A stretch of DNA of 64,000 nt, taken from IMG/VR virus record IMGVR_UViG_3300043812_000026; one strand, written 5' to 3'. The first letter of the stretch is position 1; each line of letters begins with the position of its first letter. Of this stretch, positions 30,441 to 40,700 are shown one piece after another. The position numbers and the translations under genes are program-made. The notes beneath the pieces were generated by a model, which worked only from the letters and a program-made list of their open reading frames with translations, made no database searches and was not told the origin of the DNA. The stretch comes from a virus. Lineage: Duplodnaviria; Caudoviricetes.

Positions 30441-30518
30441 GCAGGAATTAGTTCAATCGGTAGAACCTCGGAGCGTTTTCTCGTTCCACCAACATCAGTT
30501 CAATTCTGATATTCCTGC
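30441..30518 (+). ncRNA. Pseudo-tRNA with aberrant anticodon arm
   Basis: Intact acceptor, D-arm and T-arm; GGAGCG-TTTTCT-CGTTCC arm has no canonical 7-nt loop. Confidence 0.7.
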
Positions 30519-30643
30519 TTATAGCCCACATACCATTTACAAAATTACCTAAACGTATGTTCAATGTGGGCTAGAAGTGCTGGAAGTTTAGTGACACTTT
30601 TCGTGGGGCACTATAATATTACTGGCTGGAAATAAGTGTTAAT

Positions 30644-30729
30644 TGGGTAATACTTCAGTGGCAGAATGATTGGGATAGCTATGTTAAATAATTAAGCCCA
30701 AGACGAAGGTTCGATTCCTTTCTTACCCA
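30644..30729 (+). ncRNA. Pseudo-tRNA with expanded anticodon loop
   Basis: TGGGTAA/TTACCCA acceptor, GAAGG-TTCGATT-CCTTT T-arm, TTGGG/CCCAA stem enclosing 22 nt. Confidence 0.7.
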
Positions 30730-30749
30730 CTAGCTTGATAAGGTAGCTC

Positions 30750-31290
30750 CTTGTTAATCTAAATCAGTAACTAGTTGCTGATATTAATGGCGTAGAGTAA
30801 GCAGTTGATGACTGTAGGCTCATGCGAACAGTACAGTAAACACGCCGGGAACATGAATTAGTTGAGGCTAAGTGTGGGATCGGCGAAAAGGTAGCCCAGT
30901 TAATCGAGGGTAAAAGTGTGCGACTTTGCATAGTGTCTGGCACGAATACCTCATCCAGACGTTAAAAAGACAGTAAGAGTAGGCTTGGCAACCTATTACC
31001 TAGTGAGCAATGCGGAAATGCTAAGTACGATGCAAAACCTAGGGGAAGTTAAGGTCTCGAACGATGGTCTCCCGTGAGATTGAGAGTTCGAGTCTCTCTA
31101 GGACCGTACCCCGTGTTCATTAGGGCGCTTTATTTTCGTCTTCGGACTCCTTCTAGTTACAGGTCTAGTAGGTAAAAGATATACACAATAGGAAGTCAAC
31201 CTGTATGAGTGTTATATCTGTAAGTAAAGTATTAGGGTGCAAGTCCCTACGGGGTGGTAGGAGTGTATCTTCCGTCCTACCATTATGGTA
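30750..31290 (+). ncRNA. Large ornate ncRNA, candidate ROOL/GOLLD-type
   Basis: About 540-nt GC-enriched, ORF-free stretch between tRNA shells; long-range ACCCCGT/ACGGGGT; T-loop-like GGGTGCAAGTCCC; embedded tRNA-like 31053-31105. Family not verified. Confidence 0.6.
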
Positions 31291-31465
31291 TATGTAAACA
31301 AGAACCGTGTTTAGGCTTTTATTACGAGAATTAAAAGCCCTTTTCTTCTCAGTTCTTGAAGTAAGAACGAGATAGGGGTTAGTTAACTGTTACTCACCCT
31401 ATCTAAAATAATAACGAGTATAAATGCAATTGCTGGGATATACTGTGAATGTTCTAAGCAGTATA

Positions 31466-31524
31466 AGGGTAGTAGTTCAATGGTAGATCATGCAAGGACG
31501 GGGGTTCGATTCCTTCCTACCCTA
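31466..31524 (+). ncRNA. tRNA shell lacking the anticodon arm
   Basis: AGGGTAG/CTACCCT acceptor, D-arm, GGGGG-TTCGATT-CCTTC T-arm; only about 10 nt between D and T arms. Confidence 0.7.
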
Positions 31525-31598
31525 TTTTCTTTATTACGTATTTAGTTCTCCCCTAACTATGGTATAATTAATACATATCAAAGTTAGGGGAGTTTTAA

Positions 31599-32063
31599 TT
31601 GATCAAAGTTTTTGCAATTATTTTACTGCTAGTTTGGCTGATTAGTTTTGGTTTATATGATTTAAAGTCGCTTTTTAAAAGAATTGCTTATCCATTTAAA
31701 CAGCTTGATGAAGAAGATCATGATAATTTCGGTATCTTAGATGATACTTACAATTTATCGACTTTCAAGGGTCGAGTATACTTGTTATTAACTAGCTGGG
31801 TACTTGAAATTATAGTGTTCTTTCTCTTATGGGGTTTAGCTCATGTAGCAGGAATCGGACAAGAATTAAAAGGTACTTTGTTATTATTCTTAACAGTTGG
31901 ATGCCTTTCAGATCTGAATACTAATTATTATCGAGTTAATTACTATTTAAATGGTACTAAAGATTATATAGGTTGTTATCTAGGAATTATAATCGGCTTA
32001 TTCTTATGCTACTTATATGGGGTACTGATTCAACAAGTAGTTACATTGGCAATATTAAATTAA
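31599..32063 (+). CDS. Membrane protein
   Basis: Four hydrophobic segments; GGGGAG RBS. Confidence 0.8.
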   Translation: MIKVFAIILLLVWLISFGLYDLKSLFKRIAYPFKQLDEEDHDNFGILDDTYNLSTFKGRVYLLLTSWVLEIIVFFLLWGLAHVAGIGQELKGTLLLFLTVGCLSDLNTNYYRVNYYLNGTKDYIGCYLGIIIGLFLCYLYGVLIQQVVTLAILN

Positions 32064-32183
32064 ATATTAGCTATGGAGGTCTATTAATTAGGTTTCTTTT
32101 TTGGTATAATTAAAAAGATGTCGAAAGACGGACAAGGCTTACTCTACTATCCACTAGGGTAAGACCTATTAACTATAAAGGAA

Positions 32184-32969
32184 GTGTATAGGGTGGATAA
32201 TACTAAAAAGGTAGATCCTTTAGTAAAAGACAATAAGTTTATTGGTACTTATTGGCAATGGTTAAAGCGAGAATTAAGTGGGTGGGATAGAGTTCCTTGG
32301 TTAATTTTTGGCTTAGGGATTGGATTACAATTAGGTATTTTAATTTTTAATCCTATTAATTGGGTTACTATCGTATCCTTCATTGGTATCTTCTTTGGCT
32401 TTTGGTGTACGGTAGCTATGGCGGCTGGTGGTTATAACTATGCTGGCGAACGGGTTGCTACACATAGTATCAATGGGTTATTAGGCGCTATCTCAGTAGT
32501 AGCTTATATTATTGTTAATGCTCAAGCCGGTCACTGGTGGAGTTGTTTAGACCAATTAGTTTTCTTCTTTATGATTGACCTTGGGCTAATGATTAATTGG
32601 CGTACTTGGGGACAAGGTAAGAATAATGTAATTAAAACCTTAACTAAACGTGGTTGGTTATATGTTATTTTAGCAATTATTATTGCGTGGATTGTATTAT
32701 ACTTCGTTGGGGTTGAATTACATGATACTAACCCCGTATGGGACGCACTAACCCTCGCTATTGGTGGTACGGCTAGTTGGTTATGCTTTAGAAGATATAG
32801 TCAAACTTTCACCTTATGGATTTGTTCAGATGTAGTCAACGTAATATTATGGTTTACTACGATTAGTCAGGGAATTAGTTCTGCTTCGATTGCAATGTTT
32901 GCCATGACAATTATGTACTTTGTTACCGCTATTATGGGAAAGTTTAATTGGAAGCCAACAACTAAATAA
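32184..32969 (+). CDS. pnuC: PnuC-family nucleoside/nicotinamide riboside transporter
   Basis: Multi-TM protein; DQLVFF..W..W, DTNPVWDALT, LWICSDVVNVILW. Confidence 0.85.
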   Translation: MYRVDNTKKVDPLVKDNKFIGTYWQWLKRELSGWDRVPWLIFGLGIGLQLGILIFNPINWVTIVSFIGIFFGFWCTVAMAAGGYNYAGERVATHSINGLLGAISVVAYIIVNAQAGHWWSCLDQLVFFFMIDLGLMINWRTWGQGKNNVIKTLTKRGWLYVILAIIIAWIVLYFVGVELHDTNPVWDALTLAIGGTASWLCFRRYSQTFTLWICSDVVNVILWFTTISQGISSASIAMFAMTIMYFVTAIMGKFNWKPTTK

Positions 32970-33058
32970 TTAAAATAAAAGGATAAGTATAAAAAACTTA
33001 TCCTTTTACTATTGACTAAAAGTAATCGTTGTGATAACATTAATATTGTTGAAGGAGG

Positions 33059-33274
33059 GTGTTAATTATTAAAAAGATAGATCTGAAAAAAATTAAAACT
33101 GCAAGAACTAAACAACACCTTACACTGCAAGATTTAGCGGATAGCTTAAATCTAAGCCATCGAAGTGTATATGCTTTAAAGGAGCAGGGTAAACGTTCTT
33201 TTAAGGTTGACGAGTTGCCTACTTTATGCAGGGTGTTACATTTGACGTTAGACGAAATTTATACGAAAGAATAA
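33059..33274 (+). CDS. XRE-family HTH regulator
   Basis: IKTAR..LTLQDLA..Y..KEQGKR..EL. Confidence 0.88.
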   Translation: MLIIKKIDLKKIKTARTKQHLTLQDLADSLNLSHRSVYALKEQGKRSFKVDELPTLCRVLHLTLDEIYTKE

Positions 33275-33286
33275 GGATGGAAGTTT

Positions 33287-34225
33287 ATGTTTGAATTTAA
33301 TTATCACGATACATACGTATATGTAGTTAACTATAATGGTAAATATTGGGTAGATTGGAAACTACTAGCTTCTCCAGTATTTGACGAGGTTAACTATCAA
33401 AAATCAATGAGTAATAATTTTGCGTTGGATTGTCGATTAGTATTAAAGACATCTATTCATAAAGACGATTTACCAAGCTTATATAAAATATATTTAGGTA
33501 AGTCATGTTACTTAGTAGAATTAAATGCTTTAACTGAATATTGTATTAATTCTGGTCCAATGGAATTTATTGACTTTATCTTTGATGTGGTTATTCCGAA
33601 AATTAACAAGACGGATCATGTACATATTGATTGTAAAACAGATAAACTTGTTAAGCGTAACCCTAAAAAAGAACAACCTGAAAAAGTTAATGTTGATCTA
33701 ACTAAAGTTTTAGCAAGTATTGAAGAATTAAAAGAACGTCAACAAATTATTGAAGAGAAGCTAGATAAGTCTTTGGCTAATACTCCTCATCTATCTGCTA
33801 ATGATCAAGAGTTAATTCGACTTTACCAAGAAAACCAAGCTTTATCGTCTATTAATAATTATGCTCCTGTTTCTACTCAACCTACAAAGCGAGTCACGGT
33901 TGACCTCAGTAAAGAAACAGATAAAACTCTAAAAGACGATAAATCAATGACTATTGGAGACTTCTTACAGTCTTTTAATGCTATTTATAATCTACTCTAT
34001 ACAGAAGAAGACGCTATTAAGATCTTAAAGGATAGCAAGCAATTGAGTAATAGAAGGACTACTTATAACCAGCCTATTAATAATGCAAAGTATCGTCATT
34101 ACTTTGTTGATGGTAGTGCGCCTAAGGGTAGAGTACCTAAGCTTTCTCGGGCTGGTCAATTATGGTTAGAAAAGAAGTTGTTAAGATTTACCAAGTTTAA
34201 TAGTATGAAGGAGTTGCCAGACTAA
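33287..34225 (+). CDS. Antirepressor-like (Bro-N/KilAC-like) DNA-binding protein
   Basis: N-terminal MFEFNY..YWV..FIFDVVIPKI; C-terminal MTIGDF..PKLSRAGQLWL. Confidence 0.6.
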   Translation: MFEFNYHDTYVYVVNYNGKYWVDWKLLASPVFDEVNYQKSMSNNFALDCRLVLKTSIHKDDLPSLYKIYLGKSCYLVELNALTEYCINSGPMEFIDFIFDVVIPKINKTDHVHIDCKTDKLVKRNPKKEQPEKVNVDLTKVLASIEELKERQQIIEEKLDKSLANTPHLSANDQELIRLYQENQALSSINNYAPVSTQPTKRVTVDLSKETDKTLKDDKSMTIGDFLQSFNAIYNLLYTEEDAIKILKDSKQLSNRRTTYNQPINNAKYRHYFVDGSAPKGRVPKLSRAGQLWLEKKLLRFTKFNSMKELPD

Positions 34226-35361
34226 TGAAAGCTCTAGTATGTGGAGATGTTCATTTAACTAATTATGGAATGTTTAATGAGCCGACAGATGATCCAGCAG
34301 TAGGGTCTCGTCTATCCTATATCTTAAAAGCATTAGATGATTTCTTTGCTTATGGTAAGGAAAATAACATTAATACATATATCATTAATGGAGATTTGTT
34401 TGACTCACGACAGAGCGATAATCCAACTACATTAGCTCATATCCGTAAACACTTTATTACTAGTTTCAGAAATTTAACTAATGTTAATAAGGTTACGCTA
34501 TACTTAAACTCGGGTAATCACGATCAACTTACTCGTAGTGTTACCCCAAATAGTTTAGAAGACTTTGAATTGTATTCTACTGATACTCATAAGATTAAAG
34601 TGATTAATGCAGTTACTCCTATTCAGGTAGATAACAATACTGAATTATTTTTTATTCCCTATGACGAGGATATTAAAGGAACTAAAGAAGCGGTTAAGGA
34701 TTATTTATACAAACATCCTTTTAATGGAGCTGTTAATGTGTTTGCTCATTTAGGTGTAACAGGGGCTACCCAAGGACGCTGGAACCATCGTTTAGGTGGA
34801 GCGTTTAATCTCGATGATCTAGGTTGGAACGCACCTAATGTAAAGTCAATTTCTCTTTCGCATTATCATACCCGCCAGAGCCTTAAAAAAGAGGGTACTA
34901 AAGACGCTTATTATATTGGTGACTTAACTGCTCTTAACTTTAATGATATTGGTAGTGATGGTTTAGGTGTACCTCGTGGATTTGATGAGATTGACTTAGA
35001 TACGGGAGAGCATAAGTTTATTGATTTAACACAAAGTCCCTATAATATTCCTACTTTTAATCAAATTAATTTAGATACAGACGATAATTTTGATTTAGCT
35101 ACACAAGTAGACGATCATTCTTATTATAAGATTAGTTGTAAGTCAAAAGATACTTATGAAAAGTTAGCTAAAGAATTAGAAAATAATTCTATTGCTTCTC
35201 GTGTGCAATTAATCCTTTTGCCTCAAGAGCAACGTGTTACAATTGATGTAGACGCTAATGCTACTGATACTGAATTAGTATCTAAATATTGTGATTTGAA
35301 TTATCCCGAAGTTAAAGATAAAGCATTAGACTACTTAAGAAAGGCAAAAGAAGCAGAGTGA
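34225..35361 (+). CDS. SbcD/Mre11-like recombination nuclease
   Basis: GDVH, NGDLFD, GNHD and SHYH metallophosphoesterase motifs. Confidence 0.9.
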   Translation: MKALVCGDVHLTNYGMFNEPTDDPAVGSRLSYILKALDDFFAYGKENNINTYIINGDLFDSRQSDNPTTLAHIRKHFITSFRNLTNVNKVTLYLNSGNHDQLTRSVTPNSLEDFELYSTDTHKIKVINAVTPIQVDNNTELFFIPYDEDIKGTKEAVKDYLYKHPFNGAVNVFAHLGVTGATQGRWNHRLGGAFNLDDLGWNAPNVKSISLSHYHTRQSLKKEGTKDAYYIGDLTALNFNDIGSDGLGVPRGFDEIDLDTGEHKFIDLTQSPYNIPTFNQINLDTDDNFDLATQVDDHSYYKISCKSKDTYEKLAKELENNSIASRVQLILLPQEQRVTIDVDANATDTELVSKYCDLNYPEVKDKALDYLRKAKEAE

Positions 35362-37175
35362 TAACTTTAGAATTAGGAAACGTTTTCATTAAGATAGTTT
35401 TTGAAAATGTGAATGATAAAACAATTGAATGGGTTTGGAGTCAAATTCATACTACTTTTGATCCGTTAGACCCCGAAAGGTTTAGGAAACGTCCTTATAA
35501 CCTTAGAAAAAGTAACGGAGATCGTGTGTGGGATGGCAGGGTAAACCTATGCGAGGAGAAAGATCATTTAGTACCATTAGGGTTTTATGACAGACTAATA
35601 GTGCTTATGAGAAGTATTGAACAATCCTCTGGGATTGTAGTTAAGGTAGTAGATAAACGAGGACCTGCTTTACACTTTAATATTCCAGACGAAATTACTA
35701 TTGATGGTCACGGTAAGGAAAAGACTATTACGTTACGTGACTACCAATATCAATCAGTTGTACAAGCAGAAAAAGAACAATCTGGTATAATCTTAAACGC
35801 TGTGAACTCAGGTAAATCAATTACTGCAATTACAATCTTTAAGTATTTGTTACCAAAATTAAAAGATGGGCAACATTTGCTTTTTATTGCTCCTAACTCT
35901 AGTATTATGAACCAGTTATATGATAAGTTTAGCCATTATCTAGGTGAAGGCATTACTGGTGTTTGGGGCGATGGTAAAAAAGATATTAATAAGCCTATAG
36001 TATGTGCTACCATTCAGAGTTTAGCCTCTGCAATTAAAGAACCAAAGACTAAACCTACTAAAAAGAAAGATAAGCTCTTAGGTCGTTTTGCTGAACGCTA
36101 CGCACCCGCTATTTTAGAATCTGGTGATCCTCGATCTAATCTTGAATTATTAGCTAGAAATTTCCACCCTAACTATAAGTATGAACAAGATGATATTGAA
36201 GAATTACGTAGTCTTTGTATGAATTTACAAACGTCTGATGACGTAGAGGACTATTTTAAGGGTGTACAAAAGCGCTATAAGAAGTTGCTTTATAGTCTAA
36301 ATGAAAGTGCTTATGAGAAGTATTATGACGCTATAGATTTATTAAAGTCTACTAGAGCTGTTATTTGTGACGAGGTTCATCGTGCTGGTGCTATTTCTTA
36401 CTGGAATGTTTTCCACTATCTTGATAACGCTAGAATGAAGCTAGGGTTAACTGGTACTTTAGATAAGACTAAGAAAATTAGTATGGCACATATTCGTGGG
36501 TTGTTTGGAAAAGATTTAGTAAGCGTTACTAATGACCAGATGATTAGTCGTGGTGTATCTGCTAGACCGCATATTAGGCTAGTACCTATTGATGAGCCTA
36601 CAGACCTCGAACCTCGTATTCAAGCTACAATGATGGCTAAGGGATATTCTCAGCTACCTACTGCTGATCTGTTGTCCTATCAGATTGCATATGATTTAGG
36701 AGTAGTCCATAATGAATACCGTAATCGTGTTGTTGCTGAATTAGCTTATAAAGCTTCTTCTAAGCTGGATAAGCAAGCAGTACTAATTATGGTTACGTCT
36801 ATTGAGCATGGAGAATTGATCGGAGAACAGCTTGATAAATTAGGTGCAGAGTACCAATTCTTGCAGGGTAAAGATGATAGTGCTACCCGAGAAAAAGCGA
36901 TTGATGATATTGTTAGTGGTAAGCTTAAAATTGTAATTGCTACTAAGATTTTTGAAGCTGGGATTGATATTCCTAACTTAAAGGTATTAATTCTTTGTGA
37001 TGCTTTAAAGTCTTACATTTCTGTTATTCAGAAGATCGGGCGTGTGTTACGGATAATGCCAGATAAGCGAGATGTGTTTATATTCGATCTTGTTGACAGG
37101 ACACAAAATTCGTTATTTAAACACGCTCAAGATCGAGTAAGGTATTATAAAGACGAAGGTTTTGAAGTTAAATAA
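35358..37175 (+). CDS. Superfamily 2 DNA helicase
   Basis: LRDYQ, SGKS, DEVH, LTGT, GIDIP, QKIGRVLR. Confidence 0.93.
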   Translation: MITLELGNVFIKIVFENVNDKTIEWVWSQIHTTFDPLDPERFRKRPYNLRKSNGDRVWDGRVNLCEEKDHLVPLGFYDRLIVLMRSIEQSSGIVVKVVDKRGPALHFNIPDEITIDGHGKEKTITLRDYQYQSVVQAEKEQSGIILNAVNSGKSITAITIFKYLLPKLKDGQHLLFIAPNSSIMNQLYDKFSHYLGEGITGVWGDGKKDINKPIVCATIQSLASAIKEPKTKPTKKKDKLLGRFAERYAPAILESGDPRSNLELLARNFHPNYKYEQDDIEELRSLCMNLQTSDDVEDYFKGVQKRYKKLLYSLNESAYEKYYDAIDLLKSTRAVICDEVHRAGAISYWNVFHYLDNARMKLGLTGTLDKTKKISMAHIRGLFGKDLVSVTNDQMISRGVSARPHIRLVPIDEPTDLEPRIQATMMAKGYSQLPTADLLSYQIAYDLGVVHNEYRNRVVAELAYKASSKLDKQAVLIMVTSIEHGELIGEQLDKLGAEYQFLQGKDDSATREKAIDDIVSGKLKIVIATKIFEAGIDIPNLKVLILCDALKSYISVIQKIGRVLRIMPDKRDVFIFDLVDRTQNSLFKHAQDRVRYYKDEGFEVK

Positions 37176-37199
37176 TATTGAAAGGTTCTAGGTTGGTTA

Positions 37200-37724
37200 A
37201 TGGCAGTAAAAAATTATGAGCAATATACAGTTACTGAACACGCTAAGAAAAGGATTTTAACCCGTTTTAATATCACTAATAAAGAGTTTGATGAGTGGTT
37301 AGCCCGTTTGTTATCTCAGTGTACTTATTTAGAGACACAAGACAATAAGCGAATGCGTTATCGTTTAAATGATATTATTGTAGTAATTGATCCAAAACAG
37401 CATACAGTGGTAACTGTTTATTCACAGAACGAAAATGAGATCGATATTTCATCTGCGCCAACGAACCCAGAAATACAAACTGTAATTAAAGAAGCACTAA
37501 ACGATTATATGAATAAGAAAAAGGTATCATTAGCTGTTAAGCTTCAAGAGTCAATACAGCAGGCTTATGACGCTAACCAACGAATGATTAACCCCTATTC
37601 TAATTATCGTTATACAAATAAATCTTGGGATGAGTTTTGTAAGGCTTATGAAACTATTACTTCTATTGTTGAGAGTGGTAAGTCTTTATTGAAAGAAGCG
37701 GAGTCCAAGATCAAGGAAGGATAA
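37200..37724 (+). CDS. Hypothetical protein with RelE/DUF4258-like N-terminus
   Basis: TEHAKKRI..R..IIVVID...VVTVY pattern. Confidence 0.6.
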   Translation: MAVKNYEQYTVTEHAKKRILTRFNITNKEFDEWLARLLSQCTYLETQDNKRMRYRLNDIIVVIDPKQHTVVTVYSQNENEIDISSAPTNPEIQTVIKEALNDYMNKKKVSLAVKLQESIQQAYDANQRMINPYSNYRYTNKSWDEFCKAYETITSIVESGKSLLKEAESKIKEG

Positions 37725-37730
37725 AGCTAT

Positions 37731-40700
37731 ATGAAAAGAATGTTAGTAGTATTGGATCATTATGACGCTGATATGTTTAAAGTGGTTAATAAGAAAGCCG
37801 AAGGAAACTTTTTACATAGTGTCGTAGGTTCAATTCTTTCTAATAAAATTATTGGTCACCCAAAAACAGGTTTAGATACGAAAGATACAACAGTAGACTT
37901 GAAGTTTCTTTATACTGATAAAGTACCCCCTCGTAATAAATACACTAATGCAGTTGTTAAGCCATCTGCTAGTATCTTGCATAAGAAACGTGATGAGATG
38001 GTGCAGTATATCTTAGATACTAAACCCGATATTGTTGTTTCTTATGGAAGTTGGTTTAAGAATGAATTAACTTCTTTATATAAACTTCCTAAAGATATGT
38101 TTGAATTAATTCCGTTTAAGCTACCCCAAAGTGACTTTACTACTTACTTAGTATTTAACCCGTCACTTAAACAACAATTCTTCTTGGGTAGCTATGAACG
38201 AGATAAGATGATTATTAGTAATCGAATGGTTAATCGGTTTTTAAAAGGTGGGATTGAGAATACTAAGCCTCAGTTTGGTAAGTATCGTTTAGTTACTAAT
38301 TATCATGAGGTAGAACGTATTTTTAATGAAGTTTTACCTAAGTACCCAATCATCGCACTGGACTTTGAAACTAATACCCTTGAAACTTATCGTAAAGGGT
38401 GCTAAGGCTATTATGGTAAGTATGAGTTGGGAAGAACATCAAGGTGTTTCGATTCCGCTTAATCATCGTCTTAGTCCTAATTTGTGGACTAAAGAACAGT
38501 TCGATAGTATCATTAATATGATTAAAGAATTAATGATGAAAGAGCAACGTAAGGTATTACATAACTGTATCTATGATATTCATATGATGATGGATATTTA
38601 CGGGCTAGAGTATGCTACTAATTGTGTTGATACTATGCTTATGTATTATGAAACAGTGGATGAGAACCAAGGCGCTCAACGTGGGCTAAAGCACTTAGCT
38701 TATAAGTATACTGATATGGGTGGTTATGAAGACGAACGTGATCAAGCTATTGAACAATACTTAAAGAATGATTATGACCGTTGGTATTCTACTGAAATGG
38801 AAAAGTATGAAAAAGGCGAACGTAGTCGTAAGCCAAGTAAGACACAGTATACAGCTCCTACTAACCAAGTAGACGGTGGTAAGGTAGATTTCGAGTGGTT
38901 GCCTATGGAAACTATTTATAAGTACGCTTCTGCTGATACTGATGTTACCCTCCAACTTTATCACATTTTTGATAAAAAGGTTAAGTCTCGTCCTAAGTGG
39001 GTTAAGTTCTGCTATGAATTCTTCCCACAACTATGCGATACTTTAGCTTATATGCAACATACTGGTTTTCAAATGGATATGGATAAAATGGAGAAATACA
39101 GAGAACACTTCACTACTGATATTGAAGAAGTTACTAAAAAGATGTATGAGGTTTCTCCCGAAATCCAAGAATACGAAAATCATAACCTAGCTCTTTTGCA
39201 AGAACGGGAACAGATTAAAGCTATCAAGCCTGCTGATCGGACACCAGAGCAGAAAGAGAAATTTAAGGAATATGGTAAGCTACGTGGTGAAGATACTAAT
39301 GGTATTCCTAAATACAAGTTTAACCCTGGATCTAGTGAAAAGATTGGCTATGTTTTATACCATATGTTAGGCTACAAGCTACCTGCTGATAAAGAGTATT
39401 TAAAACCAAAAGCTGTCCAGTCTCGTAAGTTAAGCCATCCAGAAAAACTTACGTGGAAAGATTATAAGACTGATCGTAATTCAGCCCTACCCTATATTAA
39501 AAAGACTTATCATGCTCCATTAGTTGATTTATTGTTGGCTTATTCCAACGATAAGAAAATGATTAGCTCTACTGTTGAGGGATATAGTAAGCTGGCTGAT
39601 GCTACGGGAAAATCACATCCTACTTTCCACCCATCTGGTTGCTTAGACGGGGACACTTTAATCCCTACCAGTTTAGGTATTAAGAAATTAAAAGATCTTT
39701 CAGACAATAGAGAAGAAGATACTTTTAAGGATTTGAAAATTGATATTATTAATAAAGATAATAATAAAGAATTAACAGACGCTTTTTATTATTCTGGTAT
39801 TCGAGACTCCTATCAGATCAATTTAGAGAATGGTAGTAGTATTATTACTACTCCTAACCATCCTCTGATTGTTAATAATTTTTTAAAAACTAATAATAAA
39901 ATTCCAATGTACAAATATAAAGGAAAACCTTACTTGACTAACTATTTAAGTAAGTTTAATGATGAGGAATGGCTACCTACTAAAGATATTAAGGCAGGTT
40001 ATTGGATTAAAGGTACTATTGGGGGAAATATTTATGGTAATAAGACAACTATTGAATTTAACGACAGTGAATTTCCTAGCAATACTAGAAGTAAAAAGAA
40101 AAAAGTTACCCTCCCACATGAGTTGACTCCAGAGCTAGCAGAATTCTTAGGAATGTATACTGCTGATGGTAGTTATAGTAGTAGCAAAAAGGGTAGCCAG
40201 ATTCTTATTACTAATGATGATCAAGTTGTTCAGGAGAGGTTGGATTATTTAATTAAACACTTATTCAATGTAGATCCTTATTATCGAGTAGATACAAGAC
40301 ACGGTAGGGAAATTACTGTTAATATAGGCTCTACACAAGTTTTTAGGTATCTTAAAAAAATGTTTAATATTAGTTCCCGAGGGTACGAAAAAACCGTCCC
40401 ACAGTTAATATTAGACTCCACAAAAGAAGTTCAATTAGCTTATTTAAAAGGACTTACGCTTGACTCTAGTATTTATAAGAAAGGGTATCCTTCCATTTAT
40501 TTAAGTACAACCTCGGAGGAGCAGGCAAAGGCAGTCTATTCGATGCTATTAAATATTGGTATCTATGCTAGATTTGCTAAACGTAAGATTTACCCTAGAC
40601 TAGGGTATAAACATGAACATCCCTTATATGATATAATGATTAGTCACGAAGACGTAAAAGTTTTTGTAGAGTGTATAGGATTTGTTGAAATAGAAGAAAA

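Noticed and set aside
30434-30450. Guide CTTAGTTGC of the eroded omegaRNA matching the scaffold gene (about 1157, 1286)
   Set aside because: No TTTAT-like TAM at those sites and the scaffold is incomplete; likely chance.
32110-32183. Riboswitch upstream of pnuC
   Set aside because: The leader is short with a single hairpin; no aptamer consensus is recognisable by eye.
38391-38405. Programmed frameshift in polA at AAAGGGTGCTAA
   Set aside because: The same signature, one extra base in a short homopolymer, also breaks the MTase (about 11114), the early gene (about 58264) and possibly the LysM gene start (about 22785). A systematic sequencing error is more parsimonious; raw reads would decide.
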